From IMG/VR virus record IMGVR_UViG_3300029288_004137, positions 1 to 64,000 of that record: 64,000 nt of DNA; one strand, given 5' to 3'. The stretch comes from a virus (Duplodnaviria; Caudoviricetes). Shown here piece after piece: positions 11,026 through 21,303 of the stretch. A program made the position numbers and the translations under genes. The notes below the pieces were generated by a model. That model ran no database searches. It worked only from the letters and a program-made list of their open reading frames with translations, and was not told where the DNA came from. How positions within the stretch are numbered: the stretch's first letter is position 1; each line of letters opens with the position of its first letter.

Positions 11026-11692
11026 TTTGATAAATTTCTACAAGTTTTTGATATAAATTTGGACTAATCTTTTCTAAATAAGAATTATCTTCCTCTAAAA
11101 CATATGTTTCAAATCCAGTTGCAAAATATTCTCTCAGTGTCGTAGCACTATAAGGAGAAATAAATAACCCTTGTGTAAAGGATGATAATTTTTCATACCC
11201 GATTACTTTATAAAATAAATCATCTACTGTATATCTTTTTGATTTCTTATAAGAATCAACAGAAAAACCATGTTCATCTAATATAGATGATAATTTATTA
11301 AACTTCATCTCATACTCTTCTTTTATCTTATCATCTTTATAAAGAAAATTAGTATATTGCTCTTCTATAGCATGTCCTATCTCATGAATAACATCTTCAA
11401 TAACATCATTAACATTTACTTGCCTATTTGTTATATATATGACACCATTGTCATATAGAGAGTCTATTTCTCTTTTTTTAAGTTCTGCAAAATCTCCAAT
11501 TTTAATTGTAGATATGTTTTTGATTAATTTTTCTGGGATTTCTTCTAGTCTGTTCCAGACTATTGCTGAATCTATCGTCAAAGGAAACTTATCTTTATAT
11601 TCAATATTTATTCTTCCATTAAATATTGATTTTTGTCTCAAAGACTCTTTTAACTCATTTGAATTTTTTCTTATATACTCTTCATTCAACAT
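11018..11692 (-). CDS. zincin metallopeptidase-like protein
   Basis: HEIGH and EYFATGFE. Confidence 0.65.
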   Translation of the reverse strand: MLNEEYIRKNSNELKESLRQKSIFNGRINIEYKDKFPLTIDSAIVWNRLEEIPEKLIKNISTIKIGDFAELKKREIDSLYDNGVIYITNRQVNVNDVIEDVIHEIGHAIEEQYTNFLYKDDKIKEEYEMKFNKLSSILDEHGFSVDSYKKSKRYTVDDLFYKVIGYEKLSSFTQGLFISPYSATTLREYFATGFETYVLEEDNSYLEKISPNLYQKLVEIYQNE

Positions 11693-11951
11693 CTTTATTT
11701 TTTCTGCCTTTTACATCTCTTGGATCTCTCTTCTTTTTGTTTGTTACAGATTTTGTTTCTTTCTTTTCTATGATAATTTCTTCTTTGCACAATCTCTTCT
11801 TAAGAACAAACTCTGTCATTGTTCTATTTATATACTTTCTTCGTATCTTTGTTTGGAAAGATTCATCTATCAATTTTCTTGCGTTTAACGCATCTTCATA
11901 AGATACAAATTTAGTTACAATTTCCCAAGGTTTTCCAGCATTATTCTCCAT
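11682..11951 (-). CDS. hypothetical basic protein
   Basis: ORF overlapping its neighbours in the operon. Confidence 0.6.
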   Translation of the reverse strand: MENNAGKPWEIVTKFVSYEDALNARKLIDESFQTKIRRKYINRTMTEFVLKKRLCKEEIIIEKKETKSVTNKKKRDPRDVKGRKNKDVE

Positions 11952-12270
11952 TTTTTTCTCCTATAATCTCTTCTTTTACATATTCCTTATTATCAAAAAC
12001 AATCTTATGCCCTTCAACGTGTAAAATACCCATATTGTCAAAAGCAATCTTATGCCCTTCGTCGTGTAAAATAGATAACATTTCTGCGTTTTCTAAATTC
12101 TTTATTTTTTTATATGCAGAAACTATCAAATTTAAATCTTCTAAGCTCTTAAGTCCTTCATATAATAAAACTTTTATTGTGTGTTCTGCTGACCACCTAT
12201 TACCTTCCTCTACTTCTTTGATTCTTGCTTTAAGAACTTCATCTTTAATGTCTTTAATCATTTCAAGCAT
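11941..12270 (-). CDS. hypothetical, paralog of 12263-12538 (possible RHH-like)
   Basis: Shared I.DE.LK.RI...W S.E..I..LLYEGL..LE; internal EGHKI.FDN duplication. Confidence 0.6.
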   Translation of the reverse strand: MLEMIKDIKDEVLKARIKEVEEGNRWSAEHTIKVLLYEGLKSLEDLNLIVSAYKKIKNLENAEMLSILHDEGHKIAFDNMGILHVEGHKIVFDNKEYVKEEIIGEKNGE

Positions 12271-12538
12271 TTTTGTCTCCTATCGAAACACTGGTTGTTC
12301 CTGAAGTTGAACTATACCAATCACTAGGTTTATATTCATATGGAGTACATCCATAATATACTGCTGGAGTTGTAAACAAATATGGGTTTATATTTGTGTT
12401 TTGATCTTCTTCTAATAAATCCAAACCTTCATACAATAAGGTTAATATTGCATATTCTTCTGACCACTTATTCTTTTCCATTAACTTATTTATTCTTTCT
12501 TTAAGAGTTTCATCTGTTATTCTAATTATTTCATGCAT
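12263..12538 (-). CDS. hypothetical, paralog of 11941-12270
   Basis: Shared N-terminal motif; SD GAGGT. Confidence 0.6.
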   Translation of the reverse strand: MHEIIRITDETLKERINKLMEKNKWSEEYAILTLLYEGLDLLEEDQNTNINPYLFTTPAVYYGCTPYEYKPSDWYSSTSGTTSVSIGDKNA

Positions 12539-12572
12539 ATTCTTTACCTCATAATTCTTAATATAACTAATA

Positions 12573-12947
12573 TCATTCTTTATCAGGATTGTTAACCATT
12601 TTATTAAAAAAATATTCAGGAGATTTTGAATATTTTTTTAATAAACTTATTGCAGAACCCCGAGTAATACCCAAAAATGAAGAAACATCAGCAGCAGTCT
12701 TGCAAAAATTTTCAGAATGTCGCACAATTATTATTCTTAAAAGTCTTTTTAAATTTTTATAAAGAGACATCCCATATAAAGAACCTTTGGCAAAAACAGA
12801 AGCTAATTCAAGTTTTAACAAAACAACTTCTTCTAAACTTAATCGTGATAACATAAATTCAAATTCTTCATTACTTTTATTTTCTTTTCTTAATTGTTTA
12901 GAAATGGAAGTAAATGGATTGTGTTTGTATTCATACAAAAAAAACAC
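12573..12947 (-). CDS. Fis/NtrC-type HTH protein
   Basis: C-term TAADVSSFLGITRGSAISLLKKY resembles HTH_8. Confidence 0.5.
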   Translation of the reverse strand: MFFLYEYKHNPFTSISKQLRKENKSNEEFEFMLSRLSLEEVVLLKLELASVFAKGSLYGMSLYKNLKRLLRIIIVRHSENFCKTAADVSSFLGITRGSAISLLKKYSKSPEYFFNKMVNNPDKE

Positions 12948-12964
12948 CTATTTAACCATATAAA

Positions 12965-13276
12965 TTATAATGTGACTTTTTTAGACTTTTTTTTCGTATA
13001 AGGACTTGAAAATATAGGTGGTTTTTTTTCAATTTTCTCAACCTTTTTTTCAAGAATAGATAATGCCTCTTTAACTTTTGATCCACATGCTTTCATATCA
13101 TAATATCCATCAGTCCATTCAGTGATAAAATAATCTACATTACCACCAAATCCAAAGCATTGATTTAAGCATTTGCTAAACAAAGCATAATCAGTATCTT
13201 TTAATGTTCTAAGCATACCACCAAATCCATTAATATAGTCTAAAGCTTCTTTTCTTTCCATTATGTTATGTTCCAC
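12965..13276 (-). CDS. hypothetical protein
   Basis: ORF coupled to the upstream gene. Confidence 0.55.
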   Translation of the reverse strand: MEHNIMERKEALDYINGFGGMLRTLKDTDYALFSKCLNQCFGFGGNVDYFITEWTDGYYDMKACGSKVKEALSILEKKVEKIEKKPPIFSSPYTKKKSKKVTL

Positions 13277-14298
13277 TCCATCATAAATCCTTTGTTTAAA
13301 TCAGTATCTTCAAGCGAACCACTTACAGGCACATATCTAAGTCTATAAGGAAGTTGATAACAATATAAAGATCCAGAGGTAATCGTATGAGAAGAACCCG
13401 TTGCATTTATTGCACTTGAAGCATACTCTGTTGCAGCAACACTGCCAGTGAATGAAGAAGATGTAAACCAACTTGCTGTTCCAGCAGCAAAACTCATTGA
13501 TGCAGAATTTCCATCAGTTCCTCTATTAATATAGTCATAAATTGTAATAGCACCAGCAGAGGCAGATGCATACCAATAACTTGAACTATTGATTGCTCCA
13601 ACAATATTTGAAGCAATTTCTGTTGGAGTAAACGAAGCAGAATAATACCACCAACTACCAGTTGCACTCCCAGAAGTTTCTGTAAGTCCATAGGTAAAGA
13701 CTTGTCCACTGCTTTCAGTAAGAGCAAATAAGTCTCCCAATGTCCCACTTGATCCACTCGCAATCGTAAACACTCCTGATGATGGAGTGTTTGCTGTATA
13801 ATCTACTTTAAGAGAACTATAAGGTGATCCTAAAATCTGATATCTAACTGTATAATCCAATTTACCAACATTTGTTGATCCTGTAAATGTTAAGAAACTT
13901 GCTTCAGTTGCCATAATTTTGAAATCATAATTCGATGCACTTGGATAACAATTTGTATCCATAAAATATGCTTTAGGACTAGAAAGATCGTAAACACATC
14001 CATTTGTTTTTAACGATTCGGTTGTAGAATTATCCAACCAATAATGATAACGAGCCGTACCAATATCAGTGGTTTCTCCATTTGTAAAAAGATCATATAC
14101 ATCATCTGCGTCTGCTAAAAGAAGAGACTCTTCTTGAGTCCACATTTTATAAACAGATTGATTTGATTTTCCACCGTATAAAGCAGTTTTCATTAGCGCT
14201 TCAAACTGTGCAGATCCATAATTTGCATAATTCAAAACAGAATTATCATCTATATATGCACCAATCATCGCCTTACGTCTTCTACCACGAGGATTCAT
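13261..14298 (-). CDS. probable virion structural protein (Ser/Gly/Thr-rich)
   Basis: Composition, SGS repeats, TEIASNIVGAINS motif. Confidence 0.5.
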   Translation of the reverse strand: MNPRGRRRKAMIGAYIDDNSVLNYANYGSAQFEALMKTALYGGKSNQSVYKMWTQEESLLLADADDVYDLFTNGETTDIGTARYHYWLDNSTTESLKTNGCVYDLSSPKAYFMDTNCYPSASNYDFKIMATEASFLTFTGSTNVGKLDYTVRYQILGSPYSSLKVDYTANTPSSGVFTIASGSSGTLGDLFALTESSGQVFTYGLTETSGSATGSWWYYSASFTPTEIASNIVGAINSSSYWYASASAGAITIYDYINRGTDGNSASMSFAAGTASWFTSSSFTGSVAATEYASSAINATGSSHTITSGSLYCYQLPYRLRYVPVSGSLEDTDLNKGFMMEWNIT

Positions 14299-14384
14299 TC
14301 CTTGTTCTCCAGAAATATTTTATCAGAAATCTATCTAAAATTAAATAGTTTTAAAAAACATCTTATTCCACAACAAATTTATTT

Positions 14385-15134
14385 TTATTCATTACCAAGT
14401 TCTAAGTCTAATTCTTCATCACTTATCCCTGTTTCATCTGATTCACCTTCTGATCCTTCTAATCCGCCTTCTGTTTCTCCAGAATCTATTTCTTTTCTTT
14501 CATCTTCATATTGTTTTGTTGTTGGTTCTGAAAGTTTCGATTGTAATTCATCTTCCCATTTATCGAAATAAAGTTTAATATTTGTTAAAAGATAATCATA
14601 AAACAATTCTCTATCTTTATCATTCGCTAATGCAGTATAAGAATCTATTATATTTGTTTGAATTTTTTTATATGATCTAAATGCAATATTTCTTCCTGTT
14701 TCATCTTCCCCGGAGATCCCGAATTCTTTTTCTTCTCTTTCTTCATCTGTTAATCCTTTGTCATTTTCGATATCAATAAATGCTTCTTCATCTGGTATTT
14801 CATTATCTTTATCTACATCAACTTGAATATCTTCTTGCAGGTCTAATATTCCATTGTCATCAGTCTCCACTGATCTCGAAGGAGCTAAAGAATTTTGAAT
14901 CGCATTGATTATATGAGATCTAAAAGATTTTCTTTGTTTTTCATCAGAAGTTAATTTCTTATAATCTTCTTCTAAAGAAGGAATTATTTTTTTCAAAAGA
15001 TCTTCAAGAACATTAATACCAGTTGATTCGTTTGGAGAATTAACATCTATCTTTTCTTGAATAATTTTTTTTGCCTTATCTCTCACATACTTACGTAACA
15101 AAATTTCTGTTATCATTTCATTTCTTGAAAACAT
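14385..15134 (-). CDS. acidic hypothetical protein
   Basis: 249-aa ORF with SD. Confidence 0.7.
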   Translation of the reverse strand: MFSRNEMITEILLRKYVRDKAKKIIQEKIDVNSPNESTGINVLEDLLKKIIPSLEEDYKKLTSDEKQRKSFRSHIINAIQNSLAPSRSVETDDNGILDLQEDIQVDVDKDNEIPDEEAFIDIENDKGLTDEEREEKEFGISGEDETGRNIAFRSYKKIQTNIIDSYTALANDKDRELFYDYLLTNIKLYFDKWEDELQSKLSEPTTKQYEDERKEIDSGETEGGLEGSEGESDETGISDEELDLELGNE

Positions 15135-15136
15135 AT

Positions 15137-16945
15137 TTATTCTCCTTTTTTTACTTGTATTTTATTATATTTTTTTATTGTATGCAAAATTTGATTTGCT
15201 TTTCCTCTAAGAAAACCTGGAAGGTAATCCGAGAACACTTCTAATTCATTATTAACTATAGCATCTCTCATTCTAGTAGAACTAAGCGGTAATCCTGTTT
15301 GTATCTCAGAAAACAAAGATGATCCTTCAATATTAACTATATAATCAGATCCAAATAGAATCTTTACACCACTTCTCGCATATTTTTTAACAGAATCATT
15401 AAATCTATCTTCATCCTTACTAGAAACTCCTAAAATTATGGTATCTCCTGGTTGAGCATACTCTTCTCTATTTTCTTGATTCGCAACAAACTGTAGGACA
15501 GATCCTACAGGTGAATTAACTGGTGATTCTAGAATATAAACATTTTTTGCCCAAGATTGTCCTTTAAGATATAAATTGAACATCCATTTTGAAGTATCAA
15601 ATCCAATATCGCTTCCATCTGCTGCTTTTCTTGATAAAGGAGATATAAAAACAATAACTTTGTCAGAAATAAGTGCATATCGCTTTATCATTTCTAAATG
15701 ACCTCTATGTGGAGGTTTAAAAGATCCAGGAATAACAGTAATATCCGCTATCTTTTCAATCAACCGTTCGTTAAGAACTTGTTTTTCGTCTGAATCTGAT
15801 TTTGAAATATTTGGAATATTTGGATTATATTTTATAATACCATTTATTTGATTAAGAGGAGCAAAATTTCCTGTAATCTTATATACTTTATCTTTATAAA
15901 TAAAAACAAATCCTTCACTGGAATTGGTGATATCTTCTGCCTTTTCTAATTTTAGAAGTTGTCTTTCAAGAATTTCTATCGCTTTTTCATCTCCGTTTCT
16001 TCTAATTTCTTCAACAGCGGTATTATATAAATTCTGCAACCTTGTCACTTCTTCTTTATCATTTTCTATAAAAGAACTATCAAAATCATTTAATATTTCT
16101 ACAGAAAATTTATGAACTAAATCTTCTAAAGGAAGAATTGCCTGTTTATAATACTTCCCAGAAGGTTTAAGTATTTTTTTTATTATTTTTTTCATGGATT
16201 CAGTATCAGTATAATTTCCATTTTTTTCAACAATCTCTTTCAATCTTCTTACTATAAACTCGAATATTGTTGAATCTTTCGATAAAGAATTATCTTTTAA
16301 CAACCTATCTATTGAATTTTTTATATTGTTATAAACACTAAATTTCATTTGATGATCTAAAATTTGGATTGCATCCATACGAACTAAGTAATCATGCATA
16401 TTAACATTGTGTTCAGAATCAGAAAATATCTGTTGAAGAGATATTATATTATCTTTCAAATCTATATTTTTAATTATTTCTGTTTTTTTATTTACTTCTA
16501 AACTTCCTGTTAAATGAATAATTATTGCTTTAACATCATATTTTAAAACATTGAAATAATCTGGACTTATTATTTCACAATTATAAAATTTATAATTTTC
16601 TCCATCATCAAACAATTCTTTTTGCTGTTCCGGTTTTATTTTTTTAACAATAGAAGAAAAAACATTCATTGCATTATTAAAAACATTTGATAATTGTTCT
16701 TTCTCTTTGAGTTTTAAGGACATATCTGTAAGAGTAAGACCACCTTGCTTTAGTTCTGATTTATTTCTAGCAACTTTTACATTCATTGAAGATATATCAA
16801 AAGAAACAAAAAGATTTATTCCATCTATTTTTTCACTTCCTTTTATTTTTTTTTCATATAAACCATCAAGAATTTCATTCAATTCACCAAATGTTAAATC
16901 ATAATCTTCATAAAGATGATTTATATGTCCTGCCAAACCACCCAT
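15137..16945 (-). CDS. fusion: ligase-like KxDG domain plus HxGH (cytidylyltransferase-like) nucleotidyltransferase
   Basis: HINHLYED, EKIDG, EGFV..YKITG; PGSFKPPHRGH, LSSTRMR. Confidence 0.7.
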   Translation of the reverse strand: MGGLAGHINHLYEDYDLTFGELNEILDGLYEKKIKGSEKIDGINLFVSFDISSMNVKVARNKSELKQGGLTLTDMSLKLKEKEQLSNVFNNAMNVFSSIVKKIKPEQQKELFDDGENYKFYNCEIISPDYFNVLKYDVKAIIIHLTGSLEVNKKTEIIKNIDLKDNIISLQQIFSDSEHNVNMHDYLVRMDAIQILDHQMKFSVYNNIKNSIDRLLKDNSLSKDSTIFEFIVRRLKEIVEKNGNYTDTESMKKIIKKILKPSGKYYKQAILPLEDLVHKFSVEILNDFDSSFIENDKEEVTRLQNLYNTAVEEIRRNGDEKAIEILERQLLKLEKAEDITNSSEGFVFIYKDKVYKITGNFAPLNQINGIIKYNPNIPNISKSDSDEKQVLNERLIEKIADITVIPGSFKPPHRGHLEMIKRYALISDKVIVFISPLSRKAADGSDIGFDTSKWMFNLYLKGQSWAKNVYILESPVNSPVGSVLQFVANQENREEYAQPGDTIILGVSSKDEDRFNDSVKKYARSGVKILFGSDYIVNIEGSSLFSEIQTGLPLSSTRMRDAIVNNELEVFSDYLPGFLRGKANQILHTIKKYNKIQVKKGE

Positions 16946-17223
16946 TATTTTACCTCATTAATATCAAATTCTGGCATACCATCTACTAAAGCATGATATA
17001 CCCATATTTTATTATTTTGCATCACTTCAATTTTCATACCATCTCGAAACCAACCAATACGTTCTTCTTGTGAAGCATCCCGCCACATATCAGATACAAC
17101 TTCACTAGCAATTAGAAAGGGATGATTCTCAACTTCATATCCATCATTGTCTCGTGTCCACTTTGGATATGTTGTCCATTCACAACCAACAAGATGTCCC
17201 ATCCATTGCCCCAATTCACCCAC
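16945..17223 (-). CDS. hypothetical protein
   Basis: ORF coupled to both neighbours. Confidence 0.55.
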   Translation of the reverse strand: MGELGQWMGHLVGCEWTTYPKWTRDNDGYEVENHPFLIASEVVSDMWRDASQEERIGWFRDGMKIEVMQNNKIWVYHALVDGMPEFDINEVK

Positions 17224-18389
17224 TACTTCACCTCATCTTTAAAGAAATTAAACATTTCTGTAAAAGTTTCAAATGTCTCTTTTGTAGTGTTATCTTCAAT
17301 AATTAAAACACTCATTAATAAACTAGATTTATCTATATCAATCTTTATAATACTGTTTCTTGCTGAAGAAACATTATTTTCTCTATAAAATTCAATATGA
17401 TACGGAAAATGAGTTCCTTTATCATATAAAACAAATCCTAAATTTTCATAAGACGAAATAATTGTTTTTAATGACTTTTTGTACTCTTCCGCATTGTTTG
17501 AATCATTTTCTATAAAGTTTTTAAAATCCAAAATAGCATTTTTATCTATATATTTTTTGTAATCTACTATATAATTACTTTTTGTTTCACTAAATTCATT
17601 AATAGGAAAATAAAATCCATTTATATAATCTTCAAAGATTTTTTTCTTTGTTTCTGTAGAATTTATATCAACTTCTAAAAAAAGAGGTCTAACTATATAG
17701 AATATATCATTTTTCTTAAATTTAAAATACTCCCCATCACCAGATGTTTGTAATTTTAATCCTAGATTTTCCAGTTTTTGAACAAAAATACTTTTGAATT
17801 TATTCTTAAATAATATTTCTATTTTATTTTCTTCTTCGTTGTCTAATGTTTCGTCATATTGATTTAGTAATTTGCTTAATACTTGAAATTCAGTATTTTC
17901 TTTATAATATTCTACCTGTTCTTTTAAAATTCTAGATTTTAGTCTTTGATTTTTTTTCTTTGATTCATTGCTTCTTCTTTCTTCTTTCTTCTTTTCTTCA
18001 TATGAACGAAAAGCCATATTGCCTTCTGCAAACGCTTCTTCTTCTAAACCCCTTAAATGTTTATTCTTATTAAAATATCCTTCACCTTGATATCCAAAAT
18101 CCTCAAGATTTCCCATTTCATTTTGTTTGTGGTGTACTAATTCATGACAGATTGATCTTAAAATATCTTTTGGATGTCTATTGTTTGTATAAACTCCTAT
18201 ATGTCTCTGATCTGGATTATAAAATGCCGTATTCGCTAGCATATCTTTAGAATTATCTTGATTATGCATTAAAGATATAGATGGATAATTATTGAATTCC
18301 ATATATGCTTTAACAAACTTAAGCATATCTTTTGTCGCTTCAATAAGATCATTTAAATTCTCAGATGTCTGATTTATTATTTCTATCAT
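17223..18389 (-). CDS. HExxH metallopeptidase-domain protein
   Basis: DILRSICHELVHHKQ..EEEAF. Confidence 0.7.
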   Translation of the reverse strand: MIEIINQTSENLNDLIEATKDMLKFVKAYMEFNNYPSISLMHNQDNSKDMLANTAFYNPDQRHIGVYTNNRHPKDILRSICHELVHHKQNEMGNLEDFGYQGEGYFNKNKHLRGLEEEAFAEGNMAFRSYEEKKKEERRSNESKKKNQRLKSRILKEQVEYYKENTEFQVLSKLLNQYDETLDNEEENKIEILFKNKFKSIFVQKLENLGLKLQTSGDGEYFKFKKNDIFYIVRPLFLEVDINSTETKKKIFEDYINGFYFPINEFSETKSNYIVDYKKYIDKNAILDFKNFIENDSNNAEEYKKSLKTIISSYENLGFVLYDKGTHFPYHIEFYRENNVSSARNSIIKIDIDKSSLLMSVLIIEDNTTKETFETFTEMFNFFKDEVK

Positions 18390-18421
18390 TTTTTAAAATT
18401 ATCCTTAATACTCTTCTATTA

Positions 18422-18649
18422 TTACTCTTTTTCTTTTTCTTTGGAAACCGAAATTGGTACATTATCAGTTATTGCTTTTTGGATATCTTTGTCCAATTCA
18501 ACAGGGCACTTCAACCCTGACTTGTCTAATGCTGATGCAATAACCATCAACATCTTGTTTTCAAAAGAAAGTTGTTCTTCAGTATCACATATCTCTCCAT
18601 AAAGAGATATCGTAAACCATCGAAACCACTGTTTTGTATTTTCATTCAT
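18422..18649 (-). CDS. hypothetical protein
   Basis: ORF. Confidence 0.55.
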   Translation of the reverse strand: MNENTKQWFRWFTISLYGEICDTEEQLSFENKMLMVIASALDKSGLKCPVELDKDIQKAITDNVPISVSKEKEKE

Positions 18650-18654
18650 CGTTT

Positions 18655-19152
18655 TTATCCTACCCCCACTGCACTTAATGATTCAATTGGATAATCTTTA
18701 TGAACAACATACAATCTTGGACCGTATGTTGTGATATTAGCACCAGATTCTCCCCCTATATACCACGCTACTATTAAATTTTCTGTTTTGGCATATGCCG
18801 TTGCCGTTATAATATCAGTAGGAGTAATAACACGCCTAACAAAGACGTTTCTTGCTCCTCCTGATGAATTCGTGTATGTTGTTGTAGAAGAATACGACAA
18901 AGATAATGATGCTAATAATCTAGAGAATCCAAATTTATTCTGAACAACCCTAGCATCAGCAATGTTTGATAATGTTGTTTCGCCAATTAATTTCCAATTG
19001 TAATTTCCAAATAACAAATTGTATGTTGAAATATCTAAGTGAGATAAAGCACTTCCAAATATGTTTGAGAAACCAGCACCCAAAACCACAACACCTGCTG
19101 TTATTGTTCCTAGTTCAATTATTGGATAATTATCATATTTTACTCTTGCCAT
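18655..19152 (-). CDS. probable virion protein, paralog 3 of triplet
   Basis: Shared NWKLI, TNS.GGAR, I.P..II.A, C-terminal GVG. Confidence 0.6.
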   Translation of the reverse strand: MARVKYDNYPIIELGTITAGVVVLGAGFSNIFGSALSHLDISTYNLLFGNYNWKLIGETTLSNIADARVVQNKFGFSRLLASLSLSYSSTTTYTNSSGGARNVFVRRVITPTDIITATAYAKTENLIVAWYIGGESGANITTYGPRLYVVHKDYPIESLSAVGVG

Positions 19153-19154
19153 AA

Positions 19155-19643
19155 TTAACCTACTCCTAATTGGAATATTTCATCAAGATCTATATGCAAA
19201 GGGACAACATACAATTTTGCCCCATACGCATTAAGATTAGTTCCAGCATCACTTCCTAACATTGAGGCAATATAAATAGATTCTGTTTCCGCTTCTGGTA
19301 ATGCCGTAATTATTTCACTGGGTAATACAATATTTCGTATTTTCGCAGAACGTGCCGCTCCTGCTGAATTCGTTAATGTTCTTTCGGTTGAATAAACAAA
19401 ACTTGGAGTAACCAAATTTCGTGATACTCCTAATTTAATTTTCATTACTCTTGTATTTGGAACATTGAAAAAGAAACATTCTTGAATAACCTTCCAATTT
19501 CTATGCCCAAAAGACCTATCCAATTGTTTTAAATTAATTACAGAGTATGCCCCTGACCCATAGACATAAGTTCCTCCTGTAACCACTGTATTTGATGAAA
19601 CAGCAGATATCTGAAATATAGAAAAATTATCTCTTATTCTCAA
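19155..19643 (-). CDS. probable virion protein, paralog 2 of triplet
   Basis: FNVPNTRVMK, TNSAG.ARSA, IFQLGVG. Confidence 0.6.
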   Translation of the reverse strand: MRIRDNFSIFQISAVSSNTVVTGGTYVYGSGAYSVINLKQLDRSFGHRNWKVIQECFFFNVPNTRVMKIKLGVSRNLVTPSFVYSTERTLTNSAGAARSAKIRNIVLPSEIITALPEAETESIYIASMLGSDAGTNLNAYGAKLYVVPLHIDLDEIFQLGVG

Positions 19644-19645
19644 TT

Positions 19646-20140
19646 TTATCCCACTCCTAATTGAAAAATATCATAAATTGGATAATTGCTGGGAATAATA
19701 TACGAATTAACAGCATATACACTAAGATTAGTTGCTGTTCCAGCATCACAACCAAGAAACCCTCCCCAAACAACAGTTTCAGTTTCCGCTTGTGATAATA
19801 AAGCAATAATTTCGTCTGGAGTAATACTTATTCGACCAAAAGCAGACCTTGCTCCACCTGCTGAATTTGTTAGATAAGATTCATCAGTATATTTCAAATC
19901 CAAAGATGCTAGAACTCTTGAAAATCCCATTTTCATTTTCATTACTCTTGTATTTGGAACATTAAACCACAAACATTGAAGAATTAATTTCCAATTATGA
20001 TAACCATATATTTCATCTAATTCACTAATGTTTATGGTAGAATACCCAGCATTGGCAGTAATATATGTACCTGATGTTACTGTAATTGCTGTTTGAACAT
20101 TAGTCAAATTAATTATTTGATAAGATTGATCTAAATACAT
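19646..20140 (-). CDS. probable virion protein, paralog 1 of triplet
   Basis: FNVPNTRVMK, TNSAGGARSA, IFQLGVG. Confidence 0.6.
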   Translation of the reverse strand: MYLDQSYQIINLTNVQTAITVTSGTYITANAGYSTINISELDEIYGYHNWKLILQCLWFNVPNTRVMKMKMGFSRVLASLDLKYTDESYLTNSAGGARSAFGRISITPDEIIALLSQAETETVVWGGFLGCDAGTATNLSVYAVNSYIIPSNYPIYDIFQLGVG

Positions 20141-20143
20141 TAA

Positions 20144-20812
20144 TTAATTCTCTCTTGAACTTAAGGATTTCCAATAAGCGCTTCCAGTAAATACAGAACT
20201 AAATGTTAATTCTACTTGTTTAATGTTCCCAACCAAATCTCCACTTCGTGGATAATACCAATTTATTACACTTGCAGTTTCAACTAAAATAACTTGATCA
20301 TTAACATCTATAGTATTAACAGCAATCGTTCCAACAGTCAAAGTTCCACTCATTTGAAACTCATGAAAAGATTTTGGATGTTCTGCTACATATGGCATAT
20401 CAATTGTATAAACTAAACCACCGAGTGCTCCCGTACTTGATTGAGTTAATGGCAAATAAGTTTGTCCTACTTGTTGTGAAGTAATATCTACTGCATAATG
20501 ATCAATTAAAACCTGAATAGAAGTAGATCCAGTAATTCCTGTTCCTGTAATTGCTAAACAATCCAAATATCCTGATATCTTATATTCTCCAGCAGAATCA
20601 AAATCTCCAATTTTATAATTTTTTGCACCATTACTGTAATTTAAAGTAAGATATTCCGTATCCAATGTCCATCCAGTAGGAGAATACCACTTGACAATAT
20701 GACAAGGCATCACTTTCCTTAACGTAGAAACAACAATGCTTCCTGTAGGCATTGTTGAAGAAATTGGTGTTACCAAAGATGAACAAACTTGATAAACTCC
20801 ACAATTAGACAT
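20144..20812 (-). CDS. probable virion/beta-rich protein
   Basis: Ser/Thr/Gly-rich; SD GGAG. Confidence 0.5.
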   Translation of the reverse strand: MSNCGVYQVCSSLVTPISSTMPTGSIVVSTLRKVMPCHIVKWYSPTGWTLDTEYLTLNYSNGAKNYKIGDFDSAGEYKISGYLDCLAITGTGITGSTSIQVLIDHYAVDITSQQVGQTYLPLTQSSTGALGGLVYTIDMPYVAEHPKSFHEFQMSGTLTVGTIAVNTIDVNDQVILVETASVINWYYPRSGDLVGNIKQVELTFSSVFTGSAYWKSLSSREN

Positions 20813-21057
20813 TATAGATCTCCAAATTTAAGATAATTTTATCTACAATAAATAGATTTATAAATAATATAAATCGCAATCCTTTAAACTTAATAATAAA
20901 AAAAGTTGTTAACAAACTAAAAAATATAGTATATGATCATCATATATATAACGACGATGAGAATCACTTTGAAAGTTTAAAAAAAACGTGCTTCGTCGTT
21001 TAAGACATGCGTTATACAGTATGTATTACAAATAACTAATTATGTTAAAATTTCTTC

Positions 21058-21086
21058 TTGACTTAAATAAAAAAATATGTTATTAT
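21058..21086 (+). promoter_or_regulatory. sigma70 promoter
   Basis: TTGACT-17-TATTAT with TGn extension. Confidence 0.75.
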
Positions 21087-21105
21087 ATCTACAGGAGATA
21101 AAAAA

Positions 21106-21288
21106 ATGAAAGCTTCAAAGAAAAAAGAAAAAATTGGTTGGGTATGTTCTTTGTGTGGTGCATCTATAAATCCCGAAATAGATAGGTGCCCTAAATGTGA
21201 AGCAGAAAATCTTTTAGAAAATGATTTGTTACCAGATTCTCTTCTAAAGAAGAAAGAAAAATCAAAAAAAATATTATTAACAGATTAA
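21106..21288 (+). CDS. zinc-ribbon protein
   Basis: WVCSLCG..CPKC; SD AGGAG. Confidence 0.7.
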   Translation: MKASKKKEKIGWVCSLCGASINPEIDRCPKCEAENLLENDLLPDSLLKKKEKSKKILLTD

Positions 21289-21303
21289 CTTAAAAAGGAC
21301 AAA

